DNA of 64,000 nt from the IMG/VR virus record IMGVR_UViG_3300046008_000291, positions 32,001-96,000 of that record, one strand, 5' to 3'. Below the pieces are notes generated by a model. The model had not been told where the DNA came from. It was given only the letters and a program-made list of their open reading frames with translations, and did no database searches. Positions within the stretch are counted from its first letter, which is position 1; every line of letters starts with the position of its first letter. The DNA comes from a virus. Position numbers and translations under genes: made by a program. Shown piece after piece: positions 19,194 to 28,826 of this stretch.

Positions 19194-19625
19194 CTAACGT
19201 TTAACGTTTTTAAAAATATCAAATTCTGATACTACTCTAAAACGCATACCGTGTGATTTAGCCCATTGATCTGCCATAGCCCATTTAGCTAGGTTAATAG
19301 CTACTGATAGTTTGTCACGATAGCTTTTAGCTGCTTCCATTGTTGTTTCTTTGCTAGGTTTAATTTCAATAAGTTCAGTATGACGTTGTTGATTTGCATC
19401 TAAATAGACTACAAGAAAATCTGGAATATACACTGTATTCTTGCCAGTTACTGGATTGCGATATGGAATAGTAATTGCTTCACTAGCCCAGTTAATAACA
19501 GATGGGTTATTATCAGCAAAACACATAAATGTGAATTCCCAACTACTCCGATAAGTGGGTGCTCGTTTTCCTATATATTTTTCTGGATTTTTTATAATAT
19601 ATTTTCCGCTAGCATACTTTGCCAT
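19194..19625 (-). CDS. gp4: Head completion nuclease (T4 gp4 / TnsA N-terminal-like PD-(D/E)xK)
   Basis: NPEKYIG..PTYRSSWE...WASE...IPY...YIPDF...LIEIKP...KWAMA. Confidence 0.85.
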   Translation of the reverse strand: MAKYASGKYIIKNPEKYIGKRAPTYRSSWEFTFMCFADNNPSVINWASEAITIPYRNPVTGKNTVYIPDFLVVYLDANQQRHTELIEIKPSKETTMEAAKSYRDKLSVAINLAKWAMADQWAKSHGMRFRVVSEFDIFKNVKR

Positions 19626-19719
19626 CTCTATATCCTTTACAATTTGTGTTGTGCCAACGCGAATAATTACCTTTATTAGTTGTCGTTCCGCAGTATTTAC
19701 ACTATTCTGTGATATTCAT
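19609..19719 (-). pseudogene. Scar of a homing-endonuclease-like gene (C-terminal zinc finger)
   Basis: Manual translation from the ATG overlapping the upstream stop gives MNITE*CKYCGTTTNKGNYSRWHNTNCKGY...; CxxC...RWHxxNCK is a typical end of phage homing endonucleases. Confidence 0.55.
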
Positions 19720-20084
19720 TATGCAAGGATAGATCGTGCTATGTATTTGTTTAGTTGCGGACTATTGCTAAGTCCTAATAAACTAGTATTAACTCTATTT
19801 AAGTTAAGAAACATTGTTAGATATGCATTAAGTTCATTTTTATTTAATTTGCGAAATTCATCAAGTATTGTCATTGGATCGATACCTTGTGTTTGTGCAG
19901 TGTAGATAACAGATGCGGCTAGTGCTGATCCACTTTCTTTATTGCCTGTCACGGTTTGAAAATATCCCACTATAGCATCGTCGGCATTTTGACCGATTGT
20001 AAAGTTAGGATTAAAAAAATTATTAAAGTAAGTCGTTGTACTATTTGTATCAACGCTTGGTGGTAAATTTCCAGTTACTGACAT
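19719..20084 (-). CDS. Hypothetical virion/tail-associated protein
   Basis: 121-aa ORF downstream of the tail tube genes. Confidence 0.65.
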   Translation of the reverse strand: MSVTGNLPPSVDTNSTTTYFNNFFNPNFTIGQNADDAIVGYFQTVTGNKESGSALAASVIYTAQTQGIDPMTILDEFRKLNKNELNAYLTMFLNLNRVNTSLLGLSNSPQLNKYIARSILA

Positions 20085-20093
20085 ATTATTCCT

Positions 20094-21125
20094 TTAATTC
20101 ATGTTGCCCGAGGATTTTCTTGTTGCAGGTGTTATTGCTTTAGCTAATCCCGTTTGTACACTTGATATAGTCGGTACAAATACTGTGCTCTGTGTATTCT
20201 GTCCACGAAGTATATTCATTGCAGTTTGTTTAAGTTCTGCCGAAGCTACATTTTTAATATTAGTATTTTTAAAATTGGATCCTGTGCGTAATGCACCCAA
20301 TGCCGCAGCGCCGAAGTTGCCGCTGCCTAGGTTAGTTAAAACATCACCAATACCTTGCACTAATCCACCCTGTCCAAGTATGCTAGTTGTACCGCCGCCT
20401 AAACTTGACAACGGGCTAGCTGACTTATCGTAATGTACCTGTGCGAACCCCTGCACTTTGCCACTGGCAACTGGGCCCGATTCATAATGAATTGCTTCAT
20501 ATGCTACAGTCATACTATGTTCCATAGGACTATAATCCCCAGCAGTATGTTGCCCATGTGCAAAACTTTGTATTGTTGGATTTATTAAAATATAACTGCT
20601 AAATGATTTCTGATGTAGACTATAAATTCGAATAGCTGTGATATAATTAGGTGCACCTGTGCCATTAGCCACTGGGCTAAATCCCCAATTTTGTGAAGTA
20701 CGTTTTTTATATTTAGATTCTTGTTTATATACCTGTTCTTGTTGTTCCCAGTCTCTATAATAATACTGGTAGTATCCCTGCCAAAAGTCACGGACTACAT
20801 TAGAACTATCATCATGAAATGTAAAGCTAATCGGGTCATAGTTAATTCGTTCTTGATGAATAATTTTTCTATTGTAGGCATTTAATACTTTATTTTGTAC
20901 AGTAAATTTAGGTAACGTAACTGTTTTTGCCATTATGCCAATTTCAGTATTATCACCAGGTTTAATATTTGGATTAATATCAATAAACACATGGAACATT
21001 GTTCCAATTTTAGGACTAAGTCTATATAATCCATCAACAAAAGTTTTAGAGGCATGTTGCCAGTCTTTTATTTCATCGCCTGTGCTTATTTGTGTTAATA
21101 ATTGGTTAAAGAATCCGGCTGCCAT
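20094..21125 (-). CDS. Tail tube-like / baseplate-tube junction protein (gp19/gp54-like)
   Basis: AKTVTLPKF...YNRK....RINYDPISFTFHDD...INPTIQSF...MEHSMTVAYE tube-fold pattern. Confidence 0.65.
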   Translation of the reverse strand: MAAGFFNQLLTQISTGDEIKDWQHASKTFVDGLYRLSPKIGTMFHVFIDINPNIKPGDNTEIGIMAKTVTLPKFTVQNKVLNAYNRKIIHQERINYDPISFTFHDDSSNVVRDFWQGYYQYYYRDWEQQEQVYKQESKYKKRTSQNWGFSPVANGTGAPNYITAIRIYSLHQKSFSSYILINPTIQSFAHGQHTAGDYSPMEHSMTVAYEAIHYESGPVASGKVQGFAQVHYDKSASPLSSLGGGTTSILGQGGLVQGIGDVLTNLGSGNFGAAALGALRTGSNFKNTNIKNVASAELKQTAMNILRGQNTQSTVFVPTISSVQTGLAKAITPATRKSSGNMN

Positions 21126-21155
21126 TTGTTCTATCCATTTATATTATTTATCGCC

Positions 21156-21186
21156 AAAAAAAAGCCCGGTAATTAACCGAGCTTTT
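21156..21186 (-). terminator. Intrinsic terminator after the tail tube gene
   Basis: AAAAGCTCGG-TTAATTA-CCGGGCTTTTTTTT on the minus strand. Confidence 0.8.
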
Positions 21187-21207
21187 AAGTTGTTTCATTT
21201 ACGGGTA

Positions 21208-21825
21208 TTAACCAGTAATTGTAGTACCTAATGTTCTTGCAACAACACTACCAACACCTGTACCAACTGGAGTTTGAACAGCATTATCATAACGAATTGT
21301 TAATGCAATTGTCATTGGATCATTTGTACCATAGTTAGAATCACCGTAGTCTGCACTTGACAAGTAGCAACCATACATTTCCCATGATTCAAGGATTGTT
21401 GGCTCACTTGCGCCATTGCCACCATCTAAGGCTTCCCAACGTGTAACGAATTTATAGTCAATACCACTAGAAGCACTAGCTTGTTCCATAAAGTCGAATT
21501 GTTTTTGTAGTTGCTCACCAACACGTTTGCTAACTTCGCCAGATGCATCATCACGTAGGTTGCAGGTAACAGCGTCCCAGGTTGGTTTGCCAGCAAGGTA
21601 AACTTTACTGTTATATACAGGAATTAAGATTTCTTCAAAACTTAATGTTGGACGTTTAAAATCCATAACCTGTTTAGTTAACTCAGTTGATGGTTGACTA
21701 ACACCAAAATTCTCAAATGTTACGCGAAAGCGGAACTTTAATTTAGGCATTAACAAACCTTGCGCACTTGCACTTTGGTTTGTACTTAGCGGTACGGTAA
21801 ACTTGCTTAATGATGATGTTGCCAT
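21208..21825 (-). CDS. gp19: Tail tube protein (gp19)
   Basis: PKLKFRFRVTF, YLAGKPTWD, LESWEMYGCY, IALTIRYDNA; immediately follows the sheath gene. Confidence 0.88.
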   Translation of the reverse strand: MATSSLSKFTVPLSTNQSASAQGLLMPKLKFRFRVTFENFGVSQPSTELTKQVMDFKRPTLSFEEILIPVYNSKVYLAGKPTWDAVTCNLRDDASGEVSKRVGEQLQKQFDFMEQASASSGIDYKFVTRWEALDGGNGASEPTILESWEMYGCYLSSADYGDSNYGTNDPMTIALTIRYDNAVQTPVGTGVGSVVARTLGTTITG

Positions 21826-21909
21826 CTTAGTATTCCTTTTATATATTTAGTTCTTTCTTAGTACATAACTGGGGAAGTCGCCTTCCCCATTATATACATA
21901 CTTTATTAA

Positions 21910-24900
21910 TTATAACCCTGCTGCAATAGCACCTGTATTTTTCAAACGTACTGGAATGTAGATGAATTCAATTGCTTTAACTGGCTCAATTGCAATATCG
22001 ATGTACAATTCGTTACGGTCAATACGATCTGGTGTATTGTTAGTTGTATCGCAAACTACTAAGTAATCGTAGATACCACGTTTAGCAACTACATCATTAA
22101 GTACTGATTCAAATGCTTGTTTAACTTGGTTACGTGTAATTGTATCGTTTGGTTCAAATATGAACGGACGAGCAACTTCATCTAATACTTTACGTAGGTA
22201 ACATACTAAACGAGCAACATTAATGCGATCCATTGCACTTGTTGATGCCGCGCGAGTTTTTTGACCGTAGTTAACTAAACCAACACCTGGTAATACTGTT
22301 AATGGGTTAACTTTTTGTGCATATAATACATCACGTAACCCAGCAGTAACACCAATGCTACGGAATGCATTACCATCAGTTGTATCAACATAACCAATTG
22401 AGCTAACGTTGTCAATTAAACCACGACGTACGCCAGCTGGTGCAAACCATGGATAGCTAACATTATCGCTACGGATCATTGTACGTAACATCATATGACT
22501 TGGAGGAACTACAACACTTTCACCACCTAAATCTGTACCTAGACCGCTTGGGTAGAACACACCTACATATTCACTTGTGCTTACTAATCCGTTTATGCCA
22601 TTATCTGCAGCAAGATTTTGATTGCTTGCCCAGGCTTCAATTTGTGTTGAAGCTGAATTTAATGTAAGTGGACTGTCACCAATAATAAATGCAGTTTGTT
22701 TACGATCGTTATTTAAAGTAATCATGTTAGTGATTAGTTCAGGATAACCAGGAGCGCAAATTAAGTTAAACTGTACTTGTTCTTCACGTAATGCAGTGCT
22801 TGATTCAATTGCAGATTTCATAGCTTCAACAATAACGTTGCGAACTGCTTTATGCCCAAAGTAAGGAACTAAGTTTTGATCAACGCCACTGTTACTTACC
22901 CATGTGCCCACTTCTGCTGGAGGATTAAGATCATCTGCAAAATATGTGCTTTCGAAACGTTTTACACCGTAACCGCTACGACGTGTATTGAATAGCAATG
23001 TACCACGAGGATACAATTGATAGTCAGGGCAATCTGAATCTATATAATCGCTTGATGCTAAATCAACAATGCTCGGAATTGTATCAACGATTGGATCTTC
23101 TGTACCATCAACACCCCAGCGTGCATCTGCAAATAGTATGCCGTCTGCACTAACTTGATCTGTATTATCAATCAATTCCCACACACCAGCTACATCTGTA
23201 TAACGATAAATTACTGGATAGTTTTCTAAGTCGCTAGTATCAATCCATAAATCACCTGGTTGTAATTGGGCACCACTAACCTGTGTAGTTGGTTTACTTG
23301 CTGCTAAGATAGGACCTAGTGGATCTGTTGCTGTTAAATCATAACCACGTGCATCATTTGCTAGATTTTGATAACCTACCCAGCCACTACCGTCGTTAAC
23401 CATAATATCAACTTCGATTGCTGAATTATAATACCATAATGTACCATCAGCTGGATTGCTGTATGGAGCAGTTGTTGAGTATGTATAAGTCAACGGAGTA
23501 AACGGACTAGCCAAGTAAACACTACCTGCTGTTATTGTTTGCATATTGGCAGCAGTTGTTAAACCTGCATCAAGTAATGGAGTACCTGATGTTTGTGTGA
23601 ATTTAATTGTACCGCCAGCAAGATGACTAATGCTAACTGCGCCAGAAGTTTCAATTGCTGCTGCAATATTTGTTAAACCTGCGGCCAATATATCAGCTAC
23701 TAAACTTGTAGCTGTTGTACTGCTTAAATTAATAGTTGCAGATTCTGTTAGAGTTGAACCTGGTACACTAACTTCCATAATAAATGCATCATTTGCATCA
23801 TATGTAAATGAACCGCCAGCAGTTGTACCTGTTATTTTTACAATACCAGTTACATTTTTAACATATGGTTTAAATGTAGCAGTTGTTGCACCTAAAGTGT
23901 CGTATTTAACATACAATGTACCAACACCCAATTGGCCACCGCCGCCAACTAAATCTAAACCATTGATTGCATCAGTATCGCTAGCATACAATGGCGCGGC
24001 TTGTAATTCCCATGATTCTAATAGAGCATTATATTTTTTAATACCCCAGTTTGCTCCGTTACCTGTAGCAGATGTTTTGAACCACACACTGCCGGCTGGA
24101 CGAGGTGTAACATCACTGGTTCTCCACGCAGGAGCATTACGATACGTATCAAATGTGATTGTTGGACCATTTAATGTTACACTTGTAACAGAAACATTGC
24201 TACTAATTATTCCTAAGTTTGCAGCACAATCCGGAGCTGGTACAGAAATTGTAGTACCTTTAGCAATAGTTAATTTACCATCCGCTGTAACTCCGTTACT
24301 TCTAGCTAGACTGTTAGCTCTAATTTCAAGTTGACCAACACTGTTAACTGTTGCAGTAACACCTGGAATAGACGCACCGGCAATATCAGCTGCCGCTTGA
24401 GTAACAGTGGTACTTGTCATAGACACATTAACGCCGTTAATGACCATTTTTTGACTAGTTGTCAATGTTGTTGGGTTAGACACTGTACCCACAACAGTAG
24501 GAATTGCTGTCTTCCATGCATCGCTACCAACTAATACCCAGGTATTATCATAACGTTTAAAATAAACTGGATTAGATGTTGTTGTTGTATTAACCGCATA
24601 GCTACCGATTGTTCCTACTGAAGCTAACGGAACACTGCCACTCAATTGTGCAGTATCAGTAATTACTAATGGATTTTGTAATGTAAATCCTGTGGTGTCT
24701 TCACTCCATTCAGTAATACCCCAGTTAGTACCAGAAGCACTTACATCTAACCAATATGTACCATCCGAAGCAGTGCCTGTTGGGCGGATACTTGTACCAG
24801 CTAACTCAGATAGGTTAACATCAGCACGTTGAACGTATATTTGATTAGACACACCTAATGCACTGTATGCTGCAAGTAAACCATATTCATTTAATTCGTG

Positions 24901-25158
24901 TGCATGAATTGGATTATCGCTAGAATCAACTTGAAAATTAACACTACCAAAGCCTGCGACTAATTCACGTTGACTTGTAAGTTTAATTAATTTACCAGCA
25001 TTTGCTTTTGTTGTGTAAGTAGCAACTGTGCCATCTGGATTTATTTTATCTTGGTCTGTAGCCAATAATACATAAGCAACTGTACCAGTTGCGGTTGGTT
25101 GGTATTGGCTTTCGTCTATAATCGAAACCGATACGCCTGGGGAAATTAATGATGCCAT
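21910..25158 (-). CDS. gp18: Tail sheath protein (gp18) with large insertion domains
   Basis: LISPGVSVSIIDES N-terminus; PWFAPAGVRRG, VNPLTVLPG.G...GQKT, DRINVARL, FIFEPND, VVCDTTNNTP..IDRNEL. Confidence 0.95.
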   Translation of the reverse strand: MASLISPGVSVSIIDESQYQPTATGTVAYVLLATDQDKINPDGTVATYTTKANAGKLIKLTSQRELVAGFGSVNFQVDSSDNPIHAHELNEYGLLAAYSALGVSNQIYVQRADVNLSELAGTSIRPTGTASDGTYWLDVSASGTNWGITEWSEDTTGFTLQNPLVITDTAQLSGSVPLASVGTIGSYAVNTTTTSNPVYFKRYDNTWVLVGSDAWKTAIPTVVGTVSNPTTLTTSQKMVINGVNVSMTSTTVTQAAADIAGASIPGVTATVNSVGQLEIRANSLARSNGVTADGKLTIAKGTTISVPAPDCAANLGIISSNVSVTSVTLNGPTITFDTYRNAPAWRTSDVTPRPAGSVWFKTSATGNGANWGIKKYNALLESWELQAAPLYASDTDAINGLDLVGGGGQLGVGTLYVKYDTLGATTATFKPYVKNVTGIVKITGTTAGGSFTYDANDAFIMEVSVPGSTLTESATINLSSTTATSLVADILAAGLTNIAAAIETSGAVSISHLAGGTIKFTQTSGTPLLDAGLTTAANMQTITAGSVYLASPFTPLTYTYSTTAPYSNPADGTLWYYNSAIEVDIMVNDGSGWVGYQNLANDARGYDLTATDPLGPILAASKPTTQVSGAQLQPGDLWIDTSDLENYPVIYRYTDVAGVWELIDNTDQVSADGILFADARWGVDGTEDPIVDTIPSIVDLASSDYIDSDCPDYQLYPRGTLLFNTRRSGYGVKRFESTYFADDLNPPAEVGTWVSNSGVDQNLVPYFGHKAVRNVIVEAMKSAIESSTALREEQVQFNLICAPGYPELITNMITLNNDRKQTAFIIGDSPLTLNSASTQIEAWASNQNLAADNGINGLVSTSEYVGVFYPSGLGTDLGGESVVVPPSHMMLRTMIRSDNVSYPWFAPAGVRRGLIDNVSSIGYVDTTDGNAFRSIGVTAGLRDVLYAQKVNPLTVLPGVGLVNYGQKTRAASTSAMDRINVARLVCYLRKVLDEVARPFIFEPNDTITRNQVKQAFESVLNDVVAKRGIYDYLVVCDTTNNTPDRIDRNELYIDIAIEPVKAIEFIYIPVRLKNTGAIAAGL

Positions 25159-25257
25159 TTTAGTATCCTTATATTATAATACTTTAAAATATTTATCAGT
25201 ATTATCAAAATATAGTCTATTAAGGTGCCTTTGGCAAAGGTTTACTATAAATACTGT

Positions 25258-25608
25258 ATGGAATTTCGCCCCTTATGCCAAAGTTGTACCAGAAACCCCG
25301 CAGCAATTAATTATAAGCGCGATGGAGTAACTCATTTTCGAACAAGATGCAGCGGCTGTATTAGAAAGAACAGAAAGCTAGTACCACAAAAACCGACATG
25401 GATGCTTGCTGGGTATAAGAAAAAGCCACACTGCGAAAAATGTGGCTTTAAGGCCAAGTATAAAGAACAACTCAGCGTATATTATATCGATGGTAATTTA
25501 AAAAATAATTCGCTGTTCAATCTAAGAACAATATGCGCAAATTGTCAAATTACCATTGTTAAAGAAGGCCTAGGTTGGACTCAGGGTGATTTGACTCCGG
25601 ATTTCTGA
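25258..25608 (+). CDS. Zinc-finger/HNH-like protein with degenerate catalytic residues
   Basis: Four CxxC pairs and VYYIDGNLKNNSLFNLRTICANCQ. Start moved to 25258, just after TATAAATA (25246-25253). Confidence 0.7.
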   Translation: MEFRPLCQSCTRNPAAINYKRDGVTHFRTRCSGCIRKNRKLVPQKPTWMLAGYKKKPHCEKCGFKAKYKEQLSVYYIDGNLKNNSLFNLRTICANCQITIVKEGLGWTQGDLTPDF

Positions 25609-26235
25609 TATAATCAATTCTTCGGTGCTAGCATACAATTCATCTATGCTACCATCGTTAGTCACAGTAACATCAAACTTAGTACCAATCCAGGCATATT
25701 CACTTGGGTGGATGCCTAAGCGATCTAACTCACTTTTACCTAATGCCCAGCCAATCTTTTTCATACCAGCATTTACAGTCTTAGCAGCATTGTACCATTC
25801 AGGTTCATTGCCACGTTTAACACGTACTGTTTTGCCACCCAGATTCTTAATCATTTTAATTTCATTGGGAAAGCGACAATCCGAAATCACAATGTCTTCG
25901 TTTGTTTTACGTAGTTTATTTTCTAGACTTGCTATCCATATATCAGTATGGAAACCTTGACGACATACTTCCGTGCCCCAGTTTTGCAGTACCCAACGTG
26001 GAGTTAGTTTTGGCATTTTTAAGCGTTTGGCCCACCATGGATCTACTCGTTCGCGCCAGGCTCTGCCTTCTGCACTGCGTCCTTCTAATAGTTCACGGTC
26101 CCAACCAAATACTGTTGCAACTGCATCTTTGAGTGTGCCAGCAAAGCTCTCACGTTTAAAGCCGTGCTCTGCTACTAGGTAATCTGCGATTGTGTCCTTG
26201 CCTGAACCGATGAAGCCTGTCACTGATATAATCAT
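25570..26235 (-). CDS. gp1: Deoxynucleoside monophosphate kinase (T4 gp1-like)
   Basis: TGFIGSGKDT P-loop, TPRWVLQNWGTE, VISDCRFPNE, HPSE. Confidence 0.9.
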   Translation of the reverse strand: MIISVTGFIGSGKDTIADYLVAEHGFKRESFAGTLKDAVATVFGWDRELLEGRSAEGRAWRERVDPWWAKRLKMPKLTPRWVLQNWGTEVCRQGFHTDIWIASLENKLRKTNEDIVISDCRFPNEIKMIKNLGGKTVRVKRGNEPEWYNAAKTVNAGMKKIGWALGKSELDRLGIHPSEYAWIGTKFDVTVTNDGSIDELYASTEELIISEIRSQITLSPT

Positions 26236-26259
26236 ACTATTCCTTTCTGTATATAGTAT

Positions 26260-26288
26260 ATTATACTTTTTTTATTGCCAGGTGTCAA
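26260..26288 (-). promoter_or_regulatory. Consensus sigma70 promoter of the dNMP kinase gene
   Basis: TTGACA-17 nt-TATAAT. Confidence 0.9.
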
Positions 26289-26296
26289 TTATTGAT

Positions 26297-27181
26297 TTAA
26301 CCAGTTATCCAAGTTAAAGGGGTGCCGCCGTCGGCATAAGTTGATATTTCAGCATCAAGTTTATCTAGCAATGCCTGTCCTTCTGCTTTAAGTGCTGCAC
26401 CATTTAAACTGCCACCGCCTTGTGGACCAGCAATAGTAGCAAATTTCTCACGTGCTTGACCTATACTCATCATCACCAATGCATAAGCATAGTCTTGTAT
26501 CCACGGATATACCTGCGGATCGTTTAACAACATATTATCAGGTTTAACATTGTATACCCATAACGCAACACTTTCTACCGCAGTAGAGTTTGGTCCTTGC
26601 CAAGGTTGTTTGCGCAATACTGTTAATTTTTTAGTTGCTTTATTGAACGTAAAGTTCATGTAGCCACCAAACATAGTCATTGCTAGCTCTTGGTATTGTG
26701 TAAACAATTCGTAGTTAGCAAGTCCACCTACTCGTCCTGCCACTAACATATAAGTGTTTAAATATCCACTTGCAAATGGTTCAAATTGACTAGCTGTAGT
26801 ACCTGTTACACTACCGATACCACGACGAAATATTTGTCTAACGTCCATAATCTCACGTGGTAATATGTATTCTTGTGTTTCTGGTTGTAAATCTAAGAAC
26901 GCATAGCTTTCTTCTACTGCGTTTGAACTGCGTTGACGATAACGTATAAAGGCCTGCTTAATACCCATGTCGTAATGTTCTTTATCTGCTTCGACATCAA
27001 CAATTTGATCACCTAATCGTAGACGAATGTAATCAATGATATCGTTGCGTTGTTGATTCTCTGGTATCAGCGGAGTTGCATCATAAGCAATATGCCCAGC
27101 ACCTGTACCGGTAACTGGATTGTATAAACTGTCTGTAGTTAGACTGAGATTTGCGGTTAAATTACCTGTTGCTGTTGCCAT
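26297..27181 (-). CDS. gp13: Neck/head-tail adaptor protein (gp13-like)
   Basis: IIDYIRLRLG...VDVE...WIQDYAYAL...GQAREKF...LNGAALK.EG pattern. Confidence 0.75.
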   Translation of the reverse strand: MATATGNLTANLSLTTDSLYNPVTGTGAGHIAYDATPLIPENQQRNDIIDYIRLRLGDQIVDVEADKEHYDMGIKQAFIRYRQRSSNAVEESYAFLDLQPETQEYILPREIMDVRQIFRRGIGSVTGTTASQFEPFASGYLNTYMLVAGRVGGLANYELFTQYQELAMTMFGGYMNFTFNKATKKLTVLRKQPWQGPNSTAVESVALWVYNVKPDNMLLNDPQVYPWIQDYAYALVMMSIGQAREKFATIAGPQGGGSLNGAALKAEGQALLDKLDAEISTYADGGTPLTWITG

Positions 27182-27233
27182 GTGAAATCATCCTGTTTCG
27201 TATATTTAGCACTAACAGGATGACTTTTAATGT

Positions 27234-28427
27234 TTATGCTACTTTGAGTAAAATAGTATCAAGGTTGATACGTCCATTTAGTTTAATATCAGTTGCTTTG
27301 ATATTGTCTAAGAACTTACGCAATTCAATCTTGCCCGCGGCTAAGAATTCTTTTAGCTGCACCTCTGGCTTACGTAAAGTTTTTTGTACGCTTGTAGACT
27401 CGTTAAAACCTGTTATAGCAGTACCTTTAACACCAAGTGCACCACCCATATCTTCTGCTATGTATTTGCCTAGTTTACGTGTCTTAATATTGTAGACCCA
27501 AAGCTCGGTGGCGCCTATGATGTCAACTGGGTTGATTGATACTAGTTTATTGGTAGTATCGTTTTTAGCATACTTGAGTTTAGCAATAAGTTTTTCTTTT
27601 TGCGGAGGCTTACGCACTGCCGCTTTCTTAGTTGCTTTCTTAACCTGTCCATACTGTGCAATGCCGTCAAACAATCGAGTATAGAAAGCATCATAACGTT
27701 TCCAGTCTGCCGCTTTCATATAGCTGTATGCTTCTTTTAAGTCTTCGTCGCTTGTTGACTTAGCTTCTGTAATTTCAGCATAACGACGTTCAAACACAGC
27801 CTGTATTTTACCTAGCATTGCCTGTGGTACGCCTTTACCACTTAGGTATTCGTATGCTTTAGGTTCTACAGTCTTACCTTCGTACAAACTATCTTCAAGT
27901 TCTTCGAAGTGCAAGATATGAGTTTTCATAATCTCATTCATACGGTCCTGAATAGTAGGCACCTTAACTGCTGGTTTGGTTTTATCTGTTATTTCTTCAA
28001 GTACCTTAACATCGTTATCATCCAATGCTAATGCTTTAGTTACGGCACCAATAATGTATTTGATTTCACGTTCACGCAATGGCATACCCTTACTGTGTGC
28101 TTTAATCAGCGCAGGCGCAGTTAACGGAGTGTAACCGTCTGTGCTTTTAGCAAAACGTGTAATAGTTACAGCATCTAGTTTATGAGCAACGCCTGCTGTC
28201 TGTTTTAACCACTCGACCAAATACTTTTTAAGCTCTTTGCTAGAATAGAAATAGTTGTAATAGCGCAAGCTCTTGCGCATCTCGTGATCAAACTCTTCAT
28301 CTGTAAACTTTAACGCACGTTCGGTATCCCAAACTGGCTCACTACCAACAGCTTTCTCATCTGCAAAAATTGGATCACGTGTTGCTGTCTTAGCTTTTTT
28401 CTTTGCTCCGTCAATTTTAATAGCCAT
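27234..28427 (-). CDS. Hypothetical protein with its own sigma70 promoter (early/middle gene)
   Basis: 397-aa ORF with RBS AAGGAAG; Lys-rich. Confidence 0.8.
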   Translation of the reverse strand: MAIKIDGAKKKAKTATRDPIFADEKAVGSEPVWDTERALKFTDEEFDHEMRKSLRYYNYFYSSKELKKYLVEWLKQTAGVAHKLDAVTITRFAKSTDGYTPLTAPALIKAHSKGMPLREREIKYIIGAVTKALALDDNDVKVLEEITDKTKPAVKVPTIQDRMNEIMKTHILHFEELEDSLYEGKTVEPKAYEYLSGKGVPQAMLGKIQAVFERRYAEITEAKSTSDEDLKEAYSYMKAADWKRYDAFYTRLFDGIAQYGQVKKATKKAAVRKPPQKEKLIAKLKYAKNDTTNKLVSINPVDIIGATELWVYNIKTRKLGKYIAEDMGGALGVKGTAITGFNESTSVQKTLRKPEVQLKEFLAAGKIELRKFLDNIKATDIKLNGRINLDTILLKVA

Positions 28428-28459
28428 CTGTTCTTCCTTGTTAATAGTTTATATATAGC

Positions 28460-28488
28460 ATTATACAGCCATTTGTTGTATTTGTCAA
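28460..28488 (-). promoter_or_regulatory. Consensus sigma70 promoter
   Basis: TTGACA-17 nt-TATAAT. Confidence 0.9.
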
Positions 28489-28490
28489 GC

Positions 28491-28757
28491 TCATCCTGCC
28501 AGTAGAACTGCAAACGTTATCATACGTTCATAGTTTGCTATCTCTTCATTGACTTTGTCAACTAATTCTTTATGTAGTCTAGTCTGCTTTTGGTGTCTAC
28601 GACAATTGATTTCTTCTTTACTTATATCTTTAACCATTAGTCCAATATTATGACTGATGTTCCACATTTCGTGCGTGTACTTTTTCATTTTATGTAATGG
28701 CGCTTCTAATGCAGTCTGCACTTCTGGCCAATCTAAACTTGATTGTATTTCATTCAT
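28491..28757 (-). CDS. Hypothetical protein
   Basis: 88-aa ORF starting 6 nt after a -10 box. Confidence 0.7.
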   Translation of the reverse strand: MNEIQSSLDWPEVQTALEAPLHKMKKYTHEMWNISHNIGLMVKDISKEEINCRRHQKQTRLHKELVDKVNEEIANYERMITFAVLLAG

Positions 28758-28763
28758 AAAGCA

Positions 28764-28792
28764 AGTATAGCATCTATTTGCAGCTATGTCAA
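28764..28792 (-). promoter_or_regulatory. Sigma70 promoter
   Basis: TTGACA-17 nt-TATACT. Confidence 0.85.
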
Positions 28793-28826
28793 TCTAAGCT
28801 AAATATTAGATATACAGGACTATGTA

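Noticed and set aside
19702-19704. Amber read-through or alternative genetic code
   Set aside because: Long conserved genes are intact under the standard code, and TAG ends real genes (e.g. gp4, gp15, NUDIX), so the single in-frame TAG reflects a pseudogene
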